From NCBI GenBank assembly GCA_963758635.1, contig CAVWWD010000007.1, forward strand, positions 96,001 through 160,000: a stretch of DNA of 64,000 nucleotides, given 5' to 3'. Below the pieces are notes generated by a model. That model saw only the letters and a list, made by a program, of their open reading frames with translations, had not been told where the DNA came from and did not search any database. This DNA is from an uncultured Candidatus Rokubacteria bacterium. GTDB taxonomy: Bacteria; Methylomirabilota; Methylomirabilia; Rokubacteriales; CSP1-6. The position numbers were made by a program, and so were the translations under genes. Of the stretch, positions 32,546 to 44,290 are shown piece after piece (within the stretch, counting starts at the first letter, position 1; the number at the start of each line of letters is the position of its first letter).

Positions 32546-33466
32546 AGGTCGTGCTCTTCTGCGGTGGCCTGGGCACGCGGATCCGCGAGTACACGGACAC
32601 GATCCCCAAGCCGATGATCCCCATCGGCTATCGACCCATGCTCTGGCATCTCATGAAGTACTACGCGCACTTCGGGCATCGCGACTTCATCCTGTGCCTC
32701 GGGTATCGCGGCGACGTCATCAAGCAGTACTTCCTCAACTACGACGAGTGTCTGTCCAACGACTTCGTCCTGTCCGGAGGGGGGCCGGGACCTGACCCTG
32801 CGGAGCCGCGACATCCAGGACTGGACCATCAGCTTCGTCGACACGGGCCTGCACTCCAACCTGGGGCAGCGCCTCAAGGCGGTCGAGCCCTATCTGGATG
32901 GCGATGACGCGTTCCTGGCCAACTACGCCGACGGGCTCACCAACCTGTACCTGCCCGACCAGATCGATCAGTTCAGGCAGCAGGGCAAGGTGGCGAGCTT
33001 CCTCGGCGTGCGCCCGACGCAGTCGTTTCACGTCGTGTCGATGGACGACGACGGCTTCGTGCGCGACATCAGCCACGTGGGTCAGGCCGGGCTCTGGATC
33101 AACGCCGGCTTCTTCATCTTCAAGCGAGAGATCTTCGACTACATGCGCGACGGGGAGGAGCTGGTCGAGGAGCCGTTCCGGCGGCTCATCGCCGAGCGCC
33201 AGCTCATCGCCTACCCCTACCACGGCTTCTGGGCGTGCATGGATACCTTCAAGGACAAGCAGATGTTCGACGAGTTGAACGCGCGGGGAATGCCGCCGTG
33301 GGAGGTCTGGAGGCGCCCGGGAACCCGGCCGGCGGAGGGGCGTCCGGTCGCGAGACGCCGACCGGTGTGGCATGGACGACATGGTCGGGCGCGGTCCGTG
33401 GGCCGCGTCGGGCTTTCGGCTGCGGGCGACCGGCACGAGGCCGGGGGCATCGGTGATCACGCTTAG
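32542..33466 (+). CDS. rfbF: Glucose-1-phosphate cytidylyltransferase-like (frameshift near 32785)
   Basis: MKVVLFCGGLGTRIRE..PKPM..WHLMKYY; WINAGFF; FWACMDT. Confidence 0.85.
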
Positions 33467-34111
33467 CCTGACCGGCGCCACCGCGCCGATCTCCCACCTG
33501 CTCTGCCTGGGCGCCCACGCCGACGACATCGAGATCGGCTGCGGCGGCACGGTCCTCACGCTGCTGGAGCGCGGGGTGGCCATCGCGGTGACCTGGGTGG
33601 TGTTCAGCGCGGAAGGGCCGCGCGCCGAGGAGGCGCGTCGGAGCGCCGAGCGGTTCGCGGAGCGGCGCCGCCAAGCGGCAGATCATCATCAAGGACTTCC
33701 GTGACGGCTTCCTGCCCTATGACGGCGCCGCGGTCAAGGAGGCCTTCGAGGAGCTCAAGGCGACCGTCTCGCCCGATCGTGATCCTGACCCACTACCGGC
33801 ACGACCTCCACCAAGACCATCGCCTCGTGTCCGAGCTCACGTGGAACACGTTCCGCGACCACCTCATCCTCGAGTACGAGATCCCCAAGTACGACGGGGA
33901 TCTCGGGAGCCCGAACGTGTTCGTCCCGCTGGACGAGCCCGTCTGTCGCCGGAAGTTCGAAACGATCCTGTCGTGCTTCGAGAGCCAGAAGAACAAGCGC
34001 TGGTTCTCCGAGGACCTCTTCCGATCCCTGCTCCGCGTTCGTGGCATGGAGTGCAACGCCCCGAGCAACTATGCCGAGGCCTTTTACTGCAGAAAGCTCG
34101 TCGTCGCGTGA
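33453..34111 (+). CDS. PIG-L/LmbE family deacetylase (two frameshifts)
   Basis: GAHADDIEIGCGG; HQDH; YEIPKY; YAEAF. Confidence 0.82.
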
Positions 34112-34161
34112 GGGAACCTGGTGGCCGAGGAGCTCACTGCACGGCGGGAGAAACGACCGGA

Positions 34162-35234
34162 ATGACGAGGCTTGACAGCGCCCAAGGGCATGGAGTGCTC
34201 AACCTCCACGTCGGGGAACAGGTGGAAGTCCGTAGCGAGGCCGAGATCCTGGCCACGCTAGACGAGAACGGCGAGCTCGAGAACCTCCCGTTCATGCCGG
34301 AGATGCTGCGGTTCTGTGGGCAGCGGCTCACCGTGCACAAGGTGGCGCACAAGCTCTGCGACACGATCAGTCGGAGCGGTATGCGCCGTATGGACAACGC
34401 CGTGCACTTGACCGGGTCGCGCTGTGCCGGGCAGGCGCATGGTGGATGCCAGACGGGATGTTCGTTGTACTGGAAGGAAGCGTGGCTCAAACGGGTGACG
34501 GCCGACGACGCGGTCGAACCGCCGTGGCGCGCGCCACTTGGGAGCAGGCCGGGCCAACCGCCAGACGCTGGAGATCGCCACACAGGAAGCGCTCCGCATC
34601 GGACGGAGAGGAGCGCTTTTCCTGTCAGGCGACGGAGTTGCTGCGGGCTGCTCCAGTGTGCCTACCCTTCAAGGACCTGCGCCAGTACCTCACCGACATA
34701 CGGACCGGCAACGTCGGCTGGGCCGCGATGCTGCGCACGTTCTTCTTTGGGCTCTTCAACCGCTTCCAGAGTCGGAGCAAGCGAGTGCTGCCCAGGCGTT
34801 TGTGGATCAAGGATGGGCTGAGCTGGGGGTTCGTCAAAGGTGGTGTCGTCGGCAGAACCCCGACCGGGCGGCTCGACTTGCAGCCGGGCGAACTCGTCCG
34901 TGTCAAGTCCAAGGAAGAGATCATGGGGACGCTCAACACCGACCTTCTCAACCGAGGCATGGGGTTCGAAGAGGAGATGGCGCGGTACTGCGGGCAGACC
35001 ACCCGAGTACGCGCCCGCGTCGACCGGTGTATCGACGAAGGGACCGGTCGGATGCTGGAGATGAAGAGTCCGTGCATCGTGCTGGAAGATGTCGTGTGCC
35101 AGGGTATCTACCACGCCAACTGCCCGCGAGAGTTCATACCGTTCTGGCGGGAAATCTGGCTCGAGCGGGTTGAGGAAACGCCTGACGCAGGCAGCGCCAG
35201 TGACTGTGTGGCCGAACCTGGACCGAGCCGGTAG
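34162..35234 (+). CDS. Hypothetical protein with two tandem Cys-containing homologous domains (frameshifted)
   Basis: GEQVEVRSEAEILATL..EMLRFCG..WKEAWLKRV repeated as GELVRVKSKEEIMGTL..EMARYCG..WREIWLERV. Confidence 0.7.
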
Positions 35235-35275
35235 CCGCTGATTCGGGACCCAGCAGGACGAGACGGAAGAACCGA

Positions 35276-36190
35276 GTGCGGTTAGCCGACACGCTGGTGT
35301 CCATCGGGCTTCCGGTGCGGAACGGCGTCGGATCGTCTGCCGACGGTGGTCCGATCGGTGCTGGCACAGGATCACGAGCGCCTGGAACTGGTGATCTCCG
35401 ACAACGCCTCGACCGACGGTACCGAGGAGCTCTGCCGCGACCTGGCGAGAGCCGATCGTCGGATCGTCTACTACCGGCAGGCGGAGAACGTGGGGTTGCT
35501 GAACAACTTCATCCATGCGATCCGGCTCGCGAATGGCACCTTCTTCCGCTGGGTGGGCGACGATGACTGGCTGGCGCCTCGCTGCGTGTCGCGGTCCCTG
35601 GAGGCGTTCGCCGAGGACGACCGGCTCCTCCTCGTGACGACACAGATCGCCTACACCGACCCTGACGGTGTCACCGCAGATCCCCGTATACCGGGGCACC
35701 GGGCTGCGGTCCGACGACCCGATCGTGCGGTTCGCCGAGATGCTGCGGCTGCACAACCAGAGCCGACCTGTTGATCGACCCGCTCTACGGGCTCATGCGG
35801 CGGGCGCCGGTGGCGCGCCATTCCCCGGCGCAACATGCTCCGCGAGGACGAGGTGTTTGCGACGAAGCTTGCGTTGGCTGGACCATGGGGCCACGTAGCC
35901 GAGGTGCTCGCCCACCGGAACATGAGGCACGAACGCCTGCCGGCGGTGGCTCGCCGCCTTGGCGTGCCGGCCTGGCAGGCCCACGTGGCCAACACGCTCC
36001 AGTGCCGGGAGATCCTGCGGTGGATGCGCTAGGCTGAGCTCACGCCTGGGCAACGCCGCCGGGCGCGCGCGGCGGTCGGCGCGGATGTACCTGCGCCGCC
36101 AGCAGCGCGGTGCGATGCGCCGCGGCGCGCAAGCTCGTGCGCCTGGCCGCCGCGCTCGTGGCATCTCGCCGAGCTCCGCGGCGCGCTGAC
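35276..36190 (+). CDS. GT2 glycosyltransferase (frameshifted)
   Basis: VSIGLPVRNG; LVISDNASTDGT; FRWVGDDD. Confidence 0.8.
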
Positions 36191-36361
36191 TCTCTCAAGC
36201 ACTGCGCTCGCACCTGGGCATCTGCTTTACGCACACGGCCGCGCATGCGGTAGGCGTTACGCTCTCCTGACAACTGATCGACGAGGGATCCGGGTCGAAG
36301 CGAGTCACCGACTGTTCATGCCGGTACGGTCGTCGCCGTGCCTGGCGCCGGGGGCTGGCGC

Positions 36362-37781
36362 ATGATTGAGCAGCAGCAATTCGAGTTGCGACGCACGATA
36401 GTGATGGCCGATGGTCAGCCTGACCATCGTGGCCTACCTGGTGGCCTGCGCGGTACGGTTCTGGCTCGGGCCGGAGTCGATGGACCTCGCTCTCGCACCT
36501 CGCCCTGATTCCCGCGCATGGTTCCGCTCTGGTTGCTCCTGCTGCCGTTCTTCGGGGCCTACGATAGCCCGCGCACGATGTCCCGACGCGACTATCTGTG
36601 GGCCACGACCCGGGCGGTGGCGGTGGGTCTGGCGGTCATCTTCAGCGGGTTGTTCCTGTTCCGTGTCCATCACCTGAGCCGGGCGGTCATCGTGCTCTTC
36701 GCGGTGCTGGACGTCGCGGCGCTCTTTCGCCGTTCGCCTGTGGATGATCCAGTACTTCCGGCGTTCGATCGAGCGCATCGAGAACGTGCGGCGGGTGCTG
36801 ATCGTCGGTACCGGAGGGCGGGCGCAGGCGGCTCGCCGAGGCCCTCCTTCGGCGATCGGAGTGGGGGATCCACATCATCGGGCATCTCGATCCGGATCCG
36901 GCCCGTGTGGGCACGCGGGTGCTCGGGTCGCCGGTCCTGGGCACCGTGGACGACATCGCGGCCATCCTTCGCGACCAGGTGATCGACGAGGTCCTGATCG
37001 CCATCCCCCGCGACATGCTCGGGGCGGTGGAGAAAGTGGCCAAGGCCTGCGAGGAGGAAGGCATCAGGCACTGCCTGATGGCCGACGTCTTCGACACCAA
37101 GGTCGCCCGCGTCGAGCGTGGCACGGTTCGGGTCCATCCCGCTGCTGTTGTTCGAGCCGGTCTCCCAGGACGAGCGGCGGCTCCTCGTGAAGCGGGTGAT
37201 CGATCTCGCGCGCGACCCTCTTCATGCTCCCGCTTGCTCCTCCCGCTGATCGGCGTGATCGCGGTCGCCATCAAGCTCGACTCGCCCGGGCCCGGTGCTT
37301 CTTCCGCCAGGACCGGGTCGGCTACCTGAAGCGGCGCTTCCGGATGCTCAAGTTCCGGACGATGGTCGACGGGGCCGACAAGCTCCAGAGCCAGCTCGAG
37401 CACCTCAACGAGGCGGCCGGGCCCATCTTCAAGATCAAGAACGACCCCCGCATCACCCGGGTGGGGCGGTTCCTGCGGCGCACCAGCCTCGACGAGCTGC
37501 CGCAGATCTTCAACGTGATCGCGGGCGACATGAGCCTGGTCGGCCCGCGGCCGATGTCGCTGCGCGACGTGCAGCTCTTCGACCAGGGCATCCAGCGGCG
37601 GCGATTCAGCGTGAAGCCCGGCCTCACCTGCCTCTGGCAGGTCTCCGGGCGGAGCCTGCTGCCCTTTTCGAAGTGGCTGGAGCTGGACCTCGACTACATC
37701 GACAACTGGTCGCTCGCGCTGGATCTTCGGATCCTCGTGAAGACCATTCCGGTGGTCCTGAAAGGTACGGGAGCCGTCTGA
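36362..37781 (+). CDS. Polyprenyl glycosylphosphotransferase (priming sugar transferase, WcaJ/GumD type; frameshifted)
   Basis: KFRTM, DPRITRVGRFLRRTSLDELPQ, GDMSLVGPRP, KPGLTCLWQVSGR; N-terminal TMs. Confidence 0.9.
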
Positions 37782-38945
37782 TGATCACCGAGACGCGCTC
37801 GGAGGCCATCTCCGCCCGCATGAGCGAGGCCGCCGGGAGTGGTCGCCCGTCTCCGGGCGCTCGCCCTCCGGTCACTCGCCCGGATGTACCGCCGGGACGA
37901 GCGGTTGTTCGTGTTCCGGCTACGCGCGGCGGGCAGGGAAATCGCCTCCGAGGGCTTGAGCCGCCGCTACAGCGCGATCGCCGTGATCGGCATGGCCGAG
38001 GACGACACGGTGGACGCCCGGGCGGTGCTCGGCGGCCACGATCTGCACGACGTGTGCGGCCGGCTGATGAGCGACGTGTCTCGCCTGTCGACGCTCGGCG
38101 ACGTCGCGCTCATCCTGTGGGCGGCCCGGGCGGCGTCCTATGGCGACCGGCAGTGGGCCTGGCAGCGCCTGCTGGAGCTCCGGCCCGCCGAGCGCACGCA
38201 TCCGACGGTGGAGGTTGCCTGGAGCCTGGCCGCGCTGTGCGTGGACGCGGAGGCGCCGGTGGGCGACCTCCGGAAGCGCCTCGCGCGCCGGCTCGTGGAG
38301 GCCTTCGCGACACGCTCGGCGATCTTTCCCCACGTCATTCGCGAGGACGGCGGCGGCGAGGCCGCTCTCACATCGTGTCCTTCGCGGATCTCGTGTACCC
38401 GATCCACGCCCTGGCCCTCTATCACCGCTTCTCCGGCGACCGCGACGCCCGCGACGTGGCGATGCGCTGCGCCGCCGACATCTGCCGTCAGCAGGGTCGC
38501 GCGGGGGCAGTGGTGGTGGCACTACGACCGGCGCACGGGGCGTGTCGTCGAGAGGTATCCGGTCTACGCCGTGCACCAGGACGCGATGGCCCCGATGGCG
38601 CTCCTCGCCCTCGAACAGGCCACCGGCGCCGACTACTCCGAGCCGATCGCCCGTGGCCTCGCCTGGCTGGCCCGGTCGCCGGAGCTCAGCGGCGGCTCCC
38701 TGATCGACGAGAGCGCTGGCCTGATCTGGCGCAAGGTCGCCCGGCGGGAGCCCGGAAAGCTGTCGCGCTACGCGCAGGCAATGGTCAGTGGTGTGCACGC
38801 CTCCATGCGTGTCCCCGGGCTCGATCTCGTGTTCCCAGCGGTCACGGTGGATCGCGAGGACCGTCCCTACCACCCAGGCTGGCTGCTCTACGCCTGGCCT
38901 GGCCACCGTCTCGCCGCCTGGCGGGGCGACGTCTCGGAACGATGA
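37781..38945 (+). CDS. Hypothetical protein, possibly alpha/alpha-toroid fold (frameshifted)
   Basis: Operonic position; GQWWWHYD, YPVYAVHQDAMAPMAL, RPYHPGWLLYA. Confidence 0.6.
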
Positions 38946-39098
38946 GCCTGGCCGCCCTCCTCGTGCGCCGCAGAGCCTCGGCGCACCTGTGCGGTGCCAT
39001 GCCCGCGCCGCTGGTTTGCCCCGGAGCGCCGATGCTATCCGTGCACGGGCCCGGCTGCTCCTGGCCGCGATGTCGGCTATTAGCAGCAGCAGCGAATC

Positions 39099-40526
39099 AT
39101 GAATGCGATCGGCGGCCAGCACGCTCGCTCTGCTGGCGACAGTGGTGGTATTTGGGCCACGGCGATGGGCGCTGCTCGGGATGAGTGCTGGTGTGCTCTT
39201 TCCTGACCCAGGGGCAGTCGCTCGAGGTACTCGGCTTGACGCTCTACCCGATGCGATGTCTGGAGCTGGTCGGTTTCATCCGCGTGATCGTGCGCAAGGA
39301 GTTCTCGGTCTCGAGGGTCACGCCGGTAGACAAGGCCTTACTCGGCCGTGTATGCGTATACGACGATCGTGTTTCTGCTGCGGACCGCCCTGGGCGGCGG
39401 TACCTCCGAGAGCATCGCCCAGGTGACCGACAAGGCTAAATCGGCATGCTGGTCGATGCGGTGCTCTGTTACTTCACCTTCCGGGGCCTGCTCGTAAGCA
39501 TTCGGTGATCTCGTCTGGTTCCTGCGGAGCTTCGCGTTGCTTCTGGTGCCCTACGTGGCGCTGGTGTCCGTGGAGTCGGTGACAGCGAACAACCCGTTCT
39601 GCCATGGTGGGAGGACAGCCGACCATCTGGCGCGACATCGGCAGGATGCGGTGCAGCGGCAGCTTTGCGCCATCCGTCACTGCTCGGTACGCTCGGGGCG
39701 AGCTTTCTCCCGCTTGTACGTCGCGCTGGCCTTGACCGGGGCAACCGTGCTCGCGCTCTGGCTGGAGTCGGCTGCTGCGTCGAGCATCGTGCTCCTCGCG
39801 GACTCGGGCGGACCGCTGATTGTCGTGGCCCTGGGCATTGCCGCGTGGGCTCTGTGGACCGTGCGGCAGACAGAATGTTCGCCGTAAGATGGACGATCGT
39901 CGGGATGCTCGTCGTTCCTGGCGTTGGTGATGAAGGTTCCGTTGTGGTACCTGCCGCAGAAGCTGAGTTCCCTTGTCGGCGGAGACGGCTGGCACCGTTC
40001 CGAACTGATGAACAAGGCGATCGAGAACGTCGATCAATGGTGGTTGGCCGGTATGGCTTTGGACCGGACCGCGGACTGGTTCTTCTACAAGGCAAAGGGT
40101 GCCGTGGACATTACCAATACGTACCTCCTCTTCGGTTTGGATGCAGGCCTTCTGGCGATCGTGCTGTTCATTCTCTTGCTCACTCCGCGCTTTCCGCGGT
40201 CTGGGCGAGGGGCTCGGCGGCACTCCGTGCGAGTTTGCGGGGAGACTCGTGAGGCCGAAGTTCTTCTGTGGGGGCTCGGCGCAGTCCTCGCGGGGCATAT
40301 CGGCAATTTCTTTGCCATAACGTACTGGGACCAGACATACGCGATCTGGTTCATGCAGCTCGCGGCAATGTCAAGTGTCTCCCGCGCATGCGCAGAGGAG
40401 ACGGCGGGTCTGGTTCGTGGCGTGAACCCCGTTTGGTGGGCGTGGAACGGACAGAGTGCGTGGTTTGACGGGGGGGAGCCCGGCCGTAGTGCGGTCGAAG
40501 AATCTCGTGGACTTGGGCGGGGGTGA
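39099..40526 (+). CDS. Wzy-like polytopic membrane polymerase (multiple frameshifts)
   Basis: Hydrophobic helices across frames; periplasmic-loop motifs FAHPSLLG, GWHRSEL, DITNTYL; EPS context. Confidence 0.6.
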
Positions 40527-41477
40527 AACCCGTGGTCACTCCGGCTCCTTCCGAGCGCGGGATATACGGGTTGCGAGATCTGGACATGAGCGCATACCCG
40601 CCTGAGCCGGCGCAGCGACACCCGACCGTTCCAGCGGACCGGCGTCTGGGGTCCGTAGTGATCCCGGCCCATAACGAGGAGTTTGTCATCGGCCGTTGCC
40701 TCGACGCCCTCTCCGCCGGCGTGACGCCGGGCGAGGTCGAGGTGGTCGTGGTGTGTAACGGGTGCACCGACAGGACGGCCTCAGTGGCTCGTCAATCGGG
40801 TCATTCAATCACGGTCCTGGAACTCGAAGGTCGATCGAAGATCGAAGCCTTGCGAGCCGGTAGAGCGGGCCGTCAGCGCCCTTCCCCGGCTCTTTCTCGA
40901 CGCGGACGTGGTGTTGAGCGGCCAGGCCGCGAAGGCTTTGTTGACCCGCTTGGCGGAGCCATCGGTTGTCGCGGCCAGACCGCCAATTCGTTACGACGCT
41001 TCGGCCAGTTGCTGGCTCGTCCAGCGCTTTTACGCGGCCCGCGCGCAGCTTCCCAACGTCCTGGGTTCTCTGTGGGGCGCCGGCGTCTATGGCCTGTCGG
41101 CTGCAGGGCGTTTGCGGTTCCAGGACTTTCCGCAGGTCGTGGCCGAGGATCTGTTCGTGGACAGGCTCTTCACCACAGAAGAGGTCGAGATTCTCCCGAT
41201 CGAGCCGGTGACCGTCACCTGTCCTCGGACGGTGCGAGGGCTCCTGCGTGTTCTGAAACGCACTTACCGGGGCAACGCGGCCCTGACCGGGGTGCCGGGC
41301 CCCCCCCGACCGGGTACGCAGGCGACAATCCGGGAGCTTGCTCGGCTGGCGCGATGCGGACTCCCGTCGCTCCGCGACGCGATCGTCTACGGTTCGTTCG
41401 TGACCCTGGGCCGCGCCGCCGCGCAATTCGGGCCGAGCCACATCGGGATGTGGGAGCGCGATGAGACCTCACGCTGA
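40523..41477 (+). CDS. GT2 glycosyltransferase (frameshift near 40860)
   Basis: VVIPAHNEE, VVCNGCTD, FLDADV, AEDLF. Confidence 0.82.
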
Positions 41478-41527
41478 CGCCTCGGCCAGAACCTTCAAGC
41501 CCGAAGGCCTATGTTTCGGGAAGCGTC

Positions 41528-42382
41528 ATGCCCGAAGACTTCTCGCTTCTGAAGGCTGAGGAGATCGAAGCATTGGGGCACAGTGCAGTCGACACTCGCC
41601 GACTATTCGGACTTGACTTCGTCTGTGACTTCGATTTCGAGCTCACGGTCGAACGCATACTCGGTCCGCAGCCCGAGGACGGCCATCTGCCGCTTGTGGT
41701 AACGCCAAACGTCGACCAGGTGGTCCGGCTGGCGCAGCCCCGCCACTCTCAGCTCGCGGCTGCGCTCGCCCGGGCGCGGGTCGTTCTGCCCGACGGGCAG
41801 CCCATCATCTGGGTGAGCCGCCTGCTCGGCCGCCCGCTTGCCGCTCGTCTGCCGGGGAGCACGCTGTTCCCCCTGGTGTGGCGCCGGCTCAGCGACGAGC
41901 AGCGCCCGACTCTGGTGATCGCGCCGTCCTCGGAGGTGGCCGATGGCTTGCGAAGTGAGCACGCTGAGCTCGCCACGTTCGTGGCACCGTTCTTCGACGC
42001 TGACGACGAGAAGGCTGTCGCTGACGTGGTGGCCAGTTGCCTGCAATGCATCGAGTTCAAAAAGCCGGAGTTCGTCTTCATCGGCGTCGGGTTTCCAAAG
42101 CAAGAGCTGCTGGCCCTCGGGATCATGAAGGCGCTGGCCGGCGCCGGGAGATCGATGCCGCTGTTCCTGCTCCTCGGCGGGAGCTTCGACATGCATCTCG
42201 GTCGAATTTCGCGAGCGCCGGCGTGGATGCAGCGCTCCGGTCTGGAGTGGTTCTATCGGTTGAGTCGGGAGCCGCGCCGCCTTTGGCGCCGGTACCTCGT
42301 CACGGACCTGGCCTTCGTCGCGCTCGTGGTGGCCGAGCTGAAAGCCGCCCGACGCCCCGAGCCGAACTCCATGAGGAATTGA
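41528..42382 (+). CDS. WecB/TagA/CpsF (GT26) glycosyltransferase
   Basis: VVTPNVD, PDGQP, GVGFPKQE, GLEWFYRL..EPRRLWRRY. Confidence 0.9.
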   Translation: MPEDFSLLKAEEIEALGHSAVDTRRLFGLDFVCDFDFELTVERILGPQPEDGHLPLVVTPNVDQVVRLAQPRHSQLAAALARARVVLPDGQPIIWVSRLLGRPLAARLPGSTLFPLVWRRLSDEQRPTLVIAPSSEVADGLRSEHAELATFVAPFFDADDEKAVADVVASCLQCIEFKKPEFVFIGVGFPKQELLALGIMKALAGAGRSMPLFLLLGGSFDMHLGRISRAPAWMQRSGLEWFYRLSREPRRLWRRYLVTDLAFVALVVAELKAARRPEPNSMRN

Positions 42383-42537
42383 GAGGAGGTTGGTTGCTCC
42401 CTCGATCGAAAGCGGGACAGTGTTCCCAGGGAGCGCGCTCGGCGACCTGCTACTCCTTCCCACCGCGTGCAGTCACGCTGGACGCGGTCGCACCAAGCCG
42501 AGATTGAGCTGTCTCCCGCGCGGATAGAGCCAGAGTG

Positions 42538-43890
42538 TCAGCTGGTGATCCGGTAGATGTGTACCGCGTTCGCGTCGGCGAATGAATCTGTGAACTGCCT
42601 GGTCGTGACCAGCCGAACACGGTCCTCGTATAACACCTCTACGGTCGATCCCGCCGCGACGGTGAAAATCGCCGTGGTAGCTCCCCCGGTGGACCCGGCG
42701 AACACATACCACGTCTCATCGGGCCCACGCTTTGCCATCACGCGCACGCCGCCAGAAACCGTTACATAGCGGTCGGCAAACGGTGAGTTGAGCACCGGCG
42801 CAAGTTCGGTGATCTGTCGGTTGACCTCGGCCACGGTGGCGCGAACGGAGGCGTAGCAGGAGTCGCGCAGGATGTGTTGCGTTTGGCAGGACCCGCCGAA
42901 GCTGTGGTTGAAGTAGATGATACCGCGGGCGCCGGCAATGATCGAGTGCCATACGGCGGACCGGATCTGGGCAGACTGGATCGTCGGAAAGTTGTGCTCG
43001 GTGGACGGGTGACCGGCCTCCACGAAAGCCCACACGGGCTGGCGCCGGCCGTCCACGGCGTCGAGTCGCCTCATCTTGTCGACCTGCCGCCCGTACTGTG
43101 CTCCAGACCGGCAGGCCGGGTCGGTGCCGGCCACGCATTCGTGGTTGTCGGTAAACCAGTACACGTCACTTGACACAAAGTCCTGAAATAGATTCACGAA
43201 CACCTGAGCTGCCTTGTCGGACTGCCAAATGATGACGCCCTTGCCATAGTTCGAATACCGGGGTTTTCCGTCGTTGGGTAGCGTACTATTGATCGTTCGC
43301 TGCACTGTGTAGCCGCATCGACCGCCACTGGTATTGGGCGGAATGCAATGATTCCAAGCCAGCACACCGTCCCAGGCATCCCAGCCAGGGCCAAAGACCA
43401 TGTCGGCTTCGTCTGAGACGACCCAGCCAGTGATGGCCTGGTGGGAGACACCCAGCCATTCATTTGACTGCGCGAGCGTGTACATTCCCGCCGCCGCGAC
43501 GAGGTCGAGATTCGAATTGCGCGTGATGACCACATAGGTGTTGAGCCCGGCCGCCTTGTCTAGGTCGACGTCGCGCTGCTCGACGACGCTTTCGAACCAC
43601 ACGCCGATCGGAAAGAAGGACGGGTTCGTGGGGAACGTATTCGGCCACCGCGAGAAGTAGCCTAGACCTCCGTCGATGTCGCGCAGCGTCACCCCGGGTG
43701 GCAATGGGCCTCCCGCATCACCAGAGCCGATCCGCGGGTCGCTTGGAGCGGCTGGGGGGCTCAACTGTTGTGCGACGGGACCGCTGCTGCCAAGACATTG
43801 AACGACGAACAGCCCAGCCAGTAGGCGGCAGCTAAACCGTCGCGACAACAGTCGGTGGAAGCGCGCTTTGATCAACGTCCAGTCCTCCAA
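42538..43890 (-). CDS. Secreted putative glycoside hydrolase-like protein (paralog of 48879-50183)
   Basis: Signal peptide; FFPIGVWFES, SDEADM, NYGKG, WAFVE, AGARGIIYFNH; C-terminal beta domain; start uncertain. Confidence 0.65.
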   Translation of the reverse strand: MEDWTLIKARFHRLLSRRFSCRLLAGLFVVQCLGSSGPVAQQLSPPAAPSDPRIGSGDAGGPLPPGVTLRDIDGGLGYFSRWPNTFPTNPSFFPIGVWFESVVEQRDVDLDKAAGLNTYVVITRNSNLDLVAAAGMYTLAQSNEWLGVSHQAITGWVVSDEADMVFGPGWDAWDGVLAWNHCIPPNTSGGRCGYTVQRTINSTLPNDGKPRYSNYGKGVIIWQSDKAAQVFVNLFQDFVSSDVYWFTDNHECVAGTDPACRSGAQYGRQVDKMRRLDAVDGRRQPVWAFVEAGHPSTEHNFPTIQSAQIRSAVWHSIIAGARGIIYFNHSFGGSCQTQHILRDSCYASVRATVAEVNRQITELAPVLNSPFADRYVTVSGGVRVMAKRGPDETWYVFAGSTGGATTAIFTVAAGSTVEVLYEDRVRLVTTRQFTDSFADANAVHIYRITS

Positions 43891-44290
43891 TCGGGGTCGG
43901 GCGCACCTGCAGTTCGACCAAGGGACCTATCAGGAGCGACGTATCAGGAGGTCGTGCAGGAGCATCACTCGTGACGCAGAGCGGCCGCTCGATGCTTCAC
44001 CACCAACGACGCGAAGGCTGTAAACCTTGGTCTCTCATCGCGTCTGACACCCGCCGTGGGCGAGCCCCTCATATCTCGCATCGCCCGGATGCACCGCGCT
44101 GGTCGCCCACCCAGGGTCTCTCGCGCTGAATCGTGCCTCTCTCCGAAAATGAGCGCATCTGCAGCTCGCCAGCCTCGTTGCCGGTCTCGACGAAGTCGTC
44201 GAAATGAAGTCCTGTTACCTCCGCGCGATCTGACGACACTTCGACTACCCAACTGCGCTCGCTCTGGACGAAAGCTGGCTGCCGGGCCGC

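Noticed and set aside
37295..39184. 629-aa Arg/Pro-rich ORF
   Set aside because: Off-frame shadow of the sugar transferase and the next gene
26528..42382. Calling the frameshifted EPS genes pseudogenes
   Set aside because: Motifs are intact on both sides of indels and nonsense codons are scarce; sequencing error is more likely
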